The notes below the pieces were generated by a model. It saw only the letters and a list, made by a program, of their open reading frames with translations. It was not told the origin of the DNA and ran no database searches. DNA of 64,000 nucleotides from Vicugna vicugna (Eukaryota): positions 3,481,308 to 3,545,307 of the forward strand of contig MU061578.1 of the NCBI GenBank assembly GCA_013265495.1, read 5' to 3'. Positions 12,927-22,213 of this stretch are shown piece after piece. Made by a program: the position numbers and the translations under genes. Every line of letters starts with the position of its first letter. Position 1 is the first letter of the stretch.

Positions 12927-15060
12927 TGTGTGTGTGTATAGCCTGTATTCTCTCAGAACTGGGGACATTCCGGGAGCCTGAGGACAGTGGGGAAGCAAAG
13001 TCACCTCAATGGTCTTGAGTGGTGGCCCCGCCACAGCCCGGCCACTCACCATCTGAAGCTGTCCTGGAACATGGTGGGGGCCTCGCAGTCGGCAAGGAGC
13101 TGAAGAAGGACCTGCCATGTGGGGTTGGCAATGCCAGGCAGGGCACAGGAATAGCCCGAGGGCAGGATGGGAGGGGCTGAGAGCACCACCCCAGCTGCCC
13201 AGGATGCCTGCCATGCCTCGAGGCTCACCTGGTGAGCTCCAGGAAGAGCTGGTCCAGGGCCTGGTCCACATCCAGCTTCCAGGTGATGGCACCTGAGGTC
13301 ATAGGGAAGGTGGCCAGCTGCGCCAGCACAAGTCTACCCAGGACCTGGGCCTGGGGTGTGCACTGCCTGTCAGCCCGGCCGTCCCTGGTGTCTGTCCTCC
13401 CACTTGTCTGCCCGAGGCACCCCACCCTCGTGCGCCCGCTTCCCGTGCTCCCCACCGCTGAGCCTTGGGTTCGAGCCCAGCAGGTGCTTAGTTGGACACG
13501 ATGCTGTTTCCCAGGTGCGTATCTAGCCACAGCTGGGAGTTTGCACCCTAGGGCCACTCAGATGTGTCGAGGGGAAGGGGTGCTCAGGGGCCCCTTCTCA
13601 GCCCATGCTGAGTTCAGATATCTGCAAAGGAGGCAGCCCTCAAGCCTAGGACCTGGGATGGGGCCTTCAGGGTCCAAGCCTGACCTCTGACTCTAGCCAG
13701 GGCTGTCCCCAGTGACTGCCCCAGGGCCTGGGACTGTGGTGGGGTGGGGGGCCAGAGGATTAAGGTGGCTCTGCCCACCCACCCTCACCCCCAGACACCT
13801 GCAGGTCAGGACATTTCTGCAGATGTTGTGGGTGCTGGTTCTGGGTGCAGCTGGAAGACAGTGAGGGAGCCCTTCCTTCTAGGGTCAGGGCACGTGTGGG
13901 TGGGGTCACCACCCAGGCCTCCTCAGACCCAGTGTCAGGGCTGCCCATGCCTGCCTGCTCCTACATCTGCTGGAAAATGTTGTGGGAGGTGTCCACCAGG
14001 ATCTGGGCCAGGACAATGCTGTCCATTACCAGCACAAAAGGCCACAGGGGAGCCTGGTGACAGAGTGCCACGTCCTGGCTGCACGGCTCTGGGATGCTGG
14101 GCCCCAGGCAGCAGGAGAGGTCTAGCAGGGGGTGACTGGGCAGTGCTGGGCAGCCAGGCATGAGGAACAGGAGGCAGTTGGGCAAATGGCAGCCCCACGG
14201 CCTTCTGCACCCCCAGCCCCATCCTCGGCCAGCACACTCAAGCACACAGCCAGCAGAACCAGCTGAGTTAGGGTTAGGAAGTGGTGACCTGGAGCAGAGG
14301 CCCACTGTATGTCTGCCCCAGGCTCCAAGCCAGCGGACTCTGGTCCCCTTTTCTATTTTGCCCAGACTGGGGGACAGGTTTTTTTATTTTGAGAAATCGG
14401 AGCAGGAGCCAACCTACTGAGCTTTGGGCACGGCTCCTGTCCCCTGGGAATGTGGGTCCTGCCAGGAGACCTAGCTGGCTGCCCTTGGCTTCATGGGGAT
14501 TACTGGATCAGAGCTACATGGGTCTACACTGGCAATGGAAACAGCCAAGCCAGAAGAGATTATTTATCCCACTTCTTAGGTGTGGCTGGAGGTGCCCTGA
14601 TGGGAGCAGGCTCAGCCAGGTGGAAAAAAACGCAAAAAGCTTTTCTTTTTTTTAATTGCAGAATAAACAGCCCCTAAATTGTTTTGTTCACTCAAAAATG
14701 GTGAACAAGCCAAGGGTAGCTGGAGGGCAACTCCTGACAGGACAGGCAGGGGGAGTGCGTGATGGGTAGGCGAGCAGGAGGTGGGCTGTGCACCAGGACT
14801 GCACCATGAGGAAAGTCTAGAGGGGCTCCCCCAGTGGGCTGCAGGGACTGGGCAGGAGGTGGGAACCAGGGCAACTGTCATCTTTCCACATTTTCTTACA
14901 TTTCTTTAAAGAGCATCACATACTTTTGCATATTAGGAAAAAAAATCTATTGCTGGGTTTGTCTCAGCATATGGTCACCAACACCTGCTGTGATCCACCT
15001 TTTGAATTTTGTAAATCTCCTGTTTTGAGTTCGAATTTCTAGGGTTCCTGCAAAAGTTGA
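9700..15060 (-). pseudogene. Decayed stereocilin-like (STRC/otoancorin/mesothelin superfamily) unprocessed pseudogene
   Basis: Minus-strand peptides match human STRC (recalled) in collinear order. Examples: GAGGAEGRG (14194-14220) vs GAGGAEAQG; LCHQAPLWPFVLVMDSIVLAQILV (within 13964-14065) vs [42 protein letters not shown] (13229-13350) vs QALGRL..YPRLTSQLFIDLS; GLRLLRGPQVPQHAEGLPLQ (11693-11752) vs [30 protein letters not shown] (11131-11157) vs LGPLVGFLG; SFLRQAPGKRV (10230-10262) vs SFLRQSGRHV; QAVCLEKMA (9789-9815) vs QAVAVTPEQMA. Retained splice sites, in-frame stops and frameshifts. Confidence 0.8.
12877..12936. repeat. (TG)n microsatellite, about 30 units with one TT interruption
   Basis: Direct reading. 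Confidence 0.98.
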
Positions 15061-16246
15061 AGCTGGCTTCACAAGCCTCTAGCTCCTCAATCTCCTGAGA
15101 ATTCCTGCTTGCCTCCTGGGCCCCCTTCCTATCGGTTTCTGGCTTTTCTTGTTGATGTGCAGTTCTTCACGTGTCCTCCCAGTTTCTGAACCACACACGG
15201 CATTGTCAGCTGTTAGACATCTCTTCTCTCCTTCTGACAGCTGCCTGTTAGCTGCCGATTTGTTTATTGCATAGGAATCCTTAACTCCAGTGACGTCACG
15301 TTCACCCACCAGTTCAGGGCAGGTTCTGTTGTGGAAGGTCTCCACATCTCCCTGCGTTCCTCAGGCCCTCCTTTCTCTGTCCATCTAGTCCCCTCGGTGG
15401 TATACAGGTCTTTAATGCACCCGGTATCCAACTTGTCTGATGTAAACAAGGGCTCTTGCTTTACTTTTCTTCACTCAGGGCGTCCCATTTTCCAACACCA
15501 TCGGTCCTGTGGATCTGTCCCTCCCCCGACACTGCTCTGCAGAGCCACCTTTTCCATGAGTGAAGCTCCATGTGCGCAGGGTGTATTTTCCTTGAAATCT
15601 GTAGACTGTGCCTTTGTTTCTATCTTAATCACTGTGGCGGTGTCTTAATGTCTGGCAGCTTGCCTCTTCTGTTTAGTTCATGGATATTTATTCCCTGTAT
15701 GTTCAATGAATCTGTTGAGTTCTTGAAAAACAATTCTCCTAGGGTTGAATTGACTGTTAGGGTTGAATTGACTATAGGATAATGTCAGGGGAACTGACAC
15801 TTTATCATGCTGGGTTGTTCCATAAAAAATTCTTTGTTATCAGATAGGCTGATTTCTATGAATCATTCTACTTTGTGGATTTCATTGTTATTAGAAATTA
15901 TACATTTTCCTATTAAATTTGTTCTGATTGCTGACAGACAGGAATGCTATTGATGTTTTATTGTGGTAAAATACACATAAATAATTACATTGTAATAATT
16001 TTTAGGTGTACAATTCAGTGATGGTTAAGTACATTTGCAATGTTATGTAACCATCACCACCACCAATTTCCAGAACTTTTTTCATCTTCTGAAACAGAAA
16101 CTGCACCCAATAAACAATAACTCCCACTTCCCTTGCCTCCCTGGTAACCTCTGTTATACTTTCTGTCTCTATGGGTTTCCCTAATGTGGACATATCATAT
16201 AAATGGAATCACACCATAATTTTTTGGGGGGGCCAGATATTAGGTT

Positions 16247-16337
16247 TTATTTATTTATTTAATGAGGTACTGGGGATTGAACCAAGGACCTTGTGCATGC
16301 TGAGCACACACTCTACCACTGCACTGTACCCTCCCCT
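16247..16337 (-). mobile_element. tRNA-derived SINE (camelid-type)
   Basis: Reverse complement ggggagggtacagtgcagtggtagagtgtgtgctcagcatgcacaaggtccttggttcaatccccagtacctcattaaataaataaa. Confidence 0.88.
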
Positions 16338-16400
16338 GACCACTCTTGTGTATCTGATTTCTTCCACTGAGCATGATGTTTTCAAGGTTCATCCACGGTG

Positions 16401-16533
16401 NNNNNNNNNNNNNNNNNNNNNNNNNNNNNNNNNNNNNNNNNNNNNNNNNNNNNNNNNNNNNNNNNNNNNNNNNNNNNNNNNNNNNNNNNNNNNNNNNNNN
16501 NNNNNNNNNNNNNNNNNNNNNNNNNNNNNNNNN
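16401..16533. other. Assembly gap (133 N)
   Basis: Run of N. Confidence 1.
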
Positions 16534-16823
16534 ACACTGCTATGAACGTGGGTGCACAGGTTATCTGTTTCAGTCCCTGTTTCCAAATCTTTGGGGTGTA
16601 TCTTAAATTGCTGGGTCATGTGGTTATTCTGTGCTTAAGTTTTTGATGAACTACCAGACTGTTTTCTACAGCCCCTGCACCATTTTACATTCCTACAAGC
16701 AATGCACAATGTAACAATTTCTCCACATCCTTGCCAACACTTGTTATGCTATTGATTTTCAAATCAATGTTTTCTGGTATAATTTATGCACAATGAAGGC
16801 ATCCATTTAAAGTGTACAGTCCA

Positions 16824-16954
16824 GGGGGGAGGGTATAGCTCAGCAGTAGAGCATGTGCTTAGTAAGCTCAAGGTCCTGGGTTCAATCCCCAGTGCCTCTA
16901 TTTAAAATAAATAAATAAACCTAGTTACTGCCCCCTACAAATAACATTTTTAAA
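16824..16954 (+). mobile_element. tRNA-derived SINE with 15-bp target-site duplication
   Basis: ggggggagggtatagctcagcagtagagc...gggttcaatccccagtgcctctatttaaaataaataaataaa, flanked by aaagtgtacagtcca (16809-16823) and aaagtgcacagtcca (16955-16969). Confidence 0.92.
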
Positions 16955-19770
16955 AAAGTGCACAGTCCAAAGAGCTTGGGTGGTTACACACCCCATGAAA
17001 TCTCCCCCCAGTGAAGACACAGAACATTTCCATCACCCCCAAAAGTTTCCTCCCTGCTTACTCCTATGAACAGGAATACTTAATTTTGATGAAGCTGCCT
17101 GGCCCCTGGCCACCACTGATGTGCTTTTTGTCATAATAGATTAGTTTGCTGTTTAACATTTTTATAGAAACAGAATCATACATCACGTCCTCTTTGATGT
17201 CAGCCTCTTTCAGTCAGCATGATGATTTTGAAATTCATCCTCCTCACATCAGTAGTTTGTTCTTTCTTACTGCTGACTAGGACGGCATCATGTGAATATA
17301 CCATGTTTTGTTTATTTATCTATTGATGGGAAGTTGTTTTTCCCCATTTTGGTATTGTAAGTAGAGTTGCTAGGAATATTCATGTACAAGTCTTTCTGTG
17401 CACTTATTTGTTTCTCTGGACCAGTTACTTAGGAGGAGAATGGCTAAGTTGTATGGTTAATTGTATGTTTAGCTTCGTAAGAAAATGCCAAACAGAAGTG
17501 CCCATATTACCTTGTGCTCCCGCCAGCAGGGTTTGAGACTCCCAACCATCCCACATCCGTGACACACTTGGCCTTGTCAGTGCCTTTAAATGTTGTCATT
17601 CTGGTGGGTATGTGTCTCCTTGTGGATTTGATTTGCATCTCCCCAGGGAGTGGTGGAGTTGGGCATCTTCTCATGAGCTGATTGACCATTTACCGTTAAC
17701 TTCTTTTGTAAAGTGTCTGTTCAAGTCTTTGGCTTGTCTTTCAAAAACAGCTTCCCTGAGATAGAATTTCCACACCATGTAACTTACCCATTTGAAGTGT
17801 AGAATTCAATGTTAGGATATACACAGAGAAGAGCTTCCTTTAATCTGAGTCATTGAACGCCAGATGCCTTTGGAATTCACCTTTTGCTTCTAACTTGATA
17901 ATGTCTCTTAACAAAGTCAACCTAACATTACAAGGGAGAACAGAACTTACTGGCAAAACATATAATGCTTTACCGTCATCTTAACAACAACAAAAATAAT
18001 GTGTTTCATATACTTCTTATGCCATCAGAGTTAAAACCAGACATGACCTCTCCTTTCCCAGGCACACCACAGTCGCTGTATCTTTTGAGCTCAGACTGCA
18101 GTTCCTCCTTGCAGACACAGAGGAAACTGCCACATCTCACAATCCATTTACCTGTGCAATTGGGTAGCTCCCACCTAACCCTCAATCGGAAGTGATGGAT
18201 CCGGTTAAGTCCATCCAGGGAATTTTTAAATTTCAGATTTTTCATTTTTAATATTTCCTGTTTGGTTCTTTAGAAAATACTGTCATTTTTTCCTACCTCG
18301 GCATTCACAAGAGCTAATTTTCCATTCCCTCGTTGTCTAATAATGCTAATAACTATCTTAACTTGGCATGGATTCTCTTCCCTGGAGAATGGGTCACAAT
18401 CTCCCAGCTCTCCCTATGCCAAGTCACAAATGTTGTGACTATTTTGTTGTGTGGACACTGCATTCTGTTATATTCCTACAAAGACTGTTGATGCCTCTGT
18501 TTTGGTGGACAGTGAGCTCAGTCAGACTTGAGCTGTAACCTCTGCCACCCCGAGGAGGGCAGAGGTCAGTCTTGGCCAGTTTGTAATCTGAGCTGTTTCC
18601 CGTCTGCCCTGCACACACATGGCTCAGGGGTCAGCAGGAGGTCTAGGTGGCATCCATGCACAGAATTTGGGGTTCCCTCCTCTGGCTCTCTCTTTTTCAG
18701 AGTTCTCCATTCACTCTCTACTGTCTGGGGGTTCTGGGCTCCTTCCTCTCTTCAGCCAGAAACGTGGTGTGATTTCTGCTGGAGTCTAAGTGCTCCACCC
18801 AATAAAGCCCCTCACACAAAGGGAGACACACCCCACGCTGGTATCAATTCCCACCTGAAATCTGTCTTGTTTCCTTCATACCCCAGAGCCCTTAGGGAAT
18901 TGGTTTTTTACATCTTGTCCAGAAGTTTTCAGTTGTTCTCTGCAAACGGAACTTTTCTTCCAGGGCACTTACTCTATGCGTAAGTTGGTTCTTATACCTG
19001 GCAGCCTTCCTGAATTTTGTATCAATTAGCATTTGGCTCCACTGCACATAATAGAAAACCCAGCTCATGGAAAAAGGTCAGAGATGGGGCAGCTGTACAT
19101 ACTTGGGTCAGCCAACAGAAGCCTTTGCAGATGTGAAATGCAGAGACAGACTTCACACAGGGGATTCCTGTTCACCAAAATATTGGAGCACACAGGGTTG
19201 GGGTGGGCAGTGAGGGAGTCACAGCGACTCCATCTGCCGGGGTGCACACCAAAGCCATGGAGCAGTCAGATCGGCATGCGGATGCTGGCATCCGGCCAGC
19301 ACAAAGACACACATTGTCTAACCTTGTAGCCACAGCAGCAGGAAGGTGGCTTCCACCTCCCACCTGGGAGACAGCCGGTACCTCGGTAGGTGGGCTCCTT
19401 CAGCCCCACACCTGACCACCCCTATGGTGATGTGCAGGCGAAACAGCCCTGATCCCGGAACTCGCTCCTGGGAGTCACATTCTGGCTGAGTAGCCACCAC
19501 CCCGAACCTGCTGACCTTGGGCTTGGGGGGTGGCAGACGGAGACTCTCATGGCACCAGCAGGGAGAACACACCTTGCCTTGCTGTGTGATTGTGACCTCC
19601 CTGTAGCACCGAGCCTCAGTTTCCCCACCTGAGAAGTGGGAGAGTAAGACCCTAAGCGGCAAGGGCGTGGCTCTACACACACCTGGTACGTGGGTCAATC
19701 TGCCCGGGGCTCCCACACCCGCCCACAGTGGGAGAGGCAGAGGCAGCTCTCCACCCCACATCCCTCCCCA

Positions 19771-19916
19771 GGTCTCCATCCTCCCACACATTCCTGTGGC
19801 CTGAGTACTGGCACTCCCAGCTGCCGGCCAGTGCCTCATTTGTTTGCCTTGACAGACCTCAGAGGCTGCCAGCCTCTTGCTTCCCAGTTGACGAAACTGA
19901 ATCAGAGGAGGCTCAG
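19771..19916 (+). promoter_or_regulatory. MSLN upstream enhancer/promoter (Canscript-like MCAT element) and homolog of the non-coding first exon
   Basis: ggtctccatcctcccacaCATTCCTg carries a TEAD MCAT motif at 19789-19795. About 70 bp downstream, tgccagcctc...ttcccagttgacgaaactgaatcagaggaggctcag resembles the start of the human MSLN mRNA as recalled. Confidence 0.65.
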
Positions 19917-22213
19917 AGTTGGCTGATCACCCTGGAACATCAGAGTCCCCACAAGCAGGGTCCCCCAGATCCTGTGGAGGTGATTGGGAGCTCTTAGCCC
20001 AGGGTCCAGGCTCATGACCATGGCCTCATCCGTGTGGAGTGGGGTCACATGGGAGGGCAGGCTTGGGAAGGGGAGTGGGGGACACCTCTGTCAGCACCTT
20101 TAGTCAAGCAGCTCTGGGTAGGAGCAGGGATTAAGTGGAGGCTGGTACTGGGACCCACCCTGCAGGGGACCCTGTCCAGCCCCACACAAGCAGGCTGGGG
20201 TGGTGGGGAAACCCCACCCCTGCCCCCTCTGTATGCCCCCTCCCTTGTTCCCACTGCACTTGGGGAGCAGTGAGGATCACCTCCCCTGTTCTCAGAGGGC
20301 AGTGCCCTCAGGGTCAACTCTACTCTAGCCCTAGCTACTCCTGACATGCTGTGTGACCCTAGGTTGGCCACACAACATCTCTGTGCTTAAGGCAGATAAA
20401 ATGACCCTGTGTCCAAGACCCTAAATCTGTGATCCATGCCCCTGCCCACCCTCACCAGAGGAACCTGAAGCTGGCAGGGAATGTGGTCTGAATTCATTTT
20501 CCATCATTTGAAGGCCAGACTTTGGGGACTGTGGTTAAGCTGGGGTGGGAGGTTCTGGAGGTGGGTGGGACAAGTGGGGCGGGAGAGAGCTTCAGCCAGT
20601 GTCCTGCAGCTGCACACCTGCTGGAGGCTATGAGCTGATGACCCCTGGGCTCGGGGGTTGGAGCTGACCATTCCTCTGTCACAGTCACAGCTACCTCTAT
20701 CTCACACCACTCTGTTGAGCTGGTGGTCCACTCAGATGCCAGACCCCACAGGCTAGCAGGGCAGGGATAGGAGGGCAGGAGCAGGGCCAGCCCTCTCTGT
20801 GGCAGACCCCACCCCCAGGTCCTGGATAGGGCTTGAATCACCTACCCCCGTGTGTATCAGCATCCGTGTAGGGCCCAGCACACAATAGGCACTCAGCGAG
20901 TATGAGGTGGTTAATGAGTGACAGGGGGCCAGGGGAATACTGGTCTTGGAGGGCTCAGGGTTGGAGATGGGACCATCCCAGGCCCAGAAAGGGAAGCATC
21001 AGAGCAGACTTGCATAAGGAGACAGAGTGCCATAGGGGACTGTTCCCTTGTCACACAAATATGCCTGCCCTAGACTGGCCGAAACAGATGTGGCTTCTGC
21101 AGGTCACACCTGGGTTACTCTGGAAGCTGCAGCTCCAAGACAGCTGAGGTGTGTCTGTGGCCCAGTCTGGCCTACCTGGGGGTAGGTTGCAGATTCCAGG
21201 GCCTATAGTGGGAGACCCCAGCTAGGGCACTAGGGGGGTCCCTGGTTACATGGGACGGGGGTAGTGGCTGAGAGAAGACAGCAGGGGCTGCACAGCCTTT
21301 GCCTGGCCTCACCCACCCCACAGGTAGGGGCCCCAGTCAGCGGCCCATTCTTCAGGGCACTCCCCCAGGCTGGGCTCTTTGCCTGGCTGAAAGCGGTTGC
21401 TGAGACATAAACGTGCCCCTCCCCCATTTCTGAGCTGGGGTGGGGCCCGACACAGGCCTTGGCGAAGGTTTGGGGGAGGGTATGGCTCCACTGCACTTGG
21501 CTGTAGGCGGCCTCCCTCTCTGGGTCTCTCTGGGAGGGCAAGAGTGGAAGGTGGTTTGGTTTCCTGCAAGCCCCCCTCTTTAGGGAGCAGCACCCCAGCC
21601 ACCTTCCACTCACACTGGTCCAGGCCTCTGTTTCCGGAAGAACCTCAGAAGGGAAACCAGGATGGCAGGTGGGCTGTGGCAGCCTCGTCTACCTAGGAGG
21701 GCCCTGGGATTACACAAAGCCAGGCACCTGTGGCTGTGGGTGGGTGGGGAGGACGGCCATGCTGCAGGTTGAGGGGTCAGCGTGACCCCCAGCCCCCAAA
21801 CTGCTCTGTCCCTCTGCTTGGGGTGGGGACACCAAGGCCAGCCAGGCCTTGCTTCCTTGCACACGAAACTCTCCCGCCCTGCCCCATGGGGAGAGAGGAT
21901 GGGCGCCCGCCTGGGCTCCCACAGCTGAGGGCCAGGCTGACTCAGACCTGACCCCCCTGGCAGAAGGGCAGGTTTCCCGGAGGAGGCGGGCCAGGCAGGC
22001 TGATTGGTCCTGAGAGGAGGGCCAGAGGCCACACACACAGACACTGCCACTGCTGGGGAGGCCTGTGAAGGTTTGAGCTGGTAGCCCTCCAGGGCCCTGA
22101 GACCCCTGCAGCCCCACAAGGCGCCACACTGGCCTGGGGCAGTATCGTGGGTGCAGGGAAGCGGTGGGGATGGGAAGTAGTGGGGACATCAGAGTGGCTG
22201 TCCTTCACAGACC

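Larger units (their letters stand above)
15650..18530 (-). mobile_element. Nested stack of old antisense L1 fragments
   Basis: AT-rich block with L1M 3' end text: 'ttgtggtaaaatacacata', 'catatcatataaatggaatca', 'ccacatccttgccaacacttgttat', 'gtgtctgttcaagtctttgg'. Boundaries approximate. Confidence 0.75.

Noticed and set aside
16824-16900. tRNA genes at the SINE positions
   Set aside because: A/B boxes are present, but the cloverleaf is degenerate and there are A-rich tails and a TSD, as expected for SINEs.
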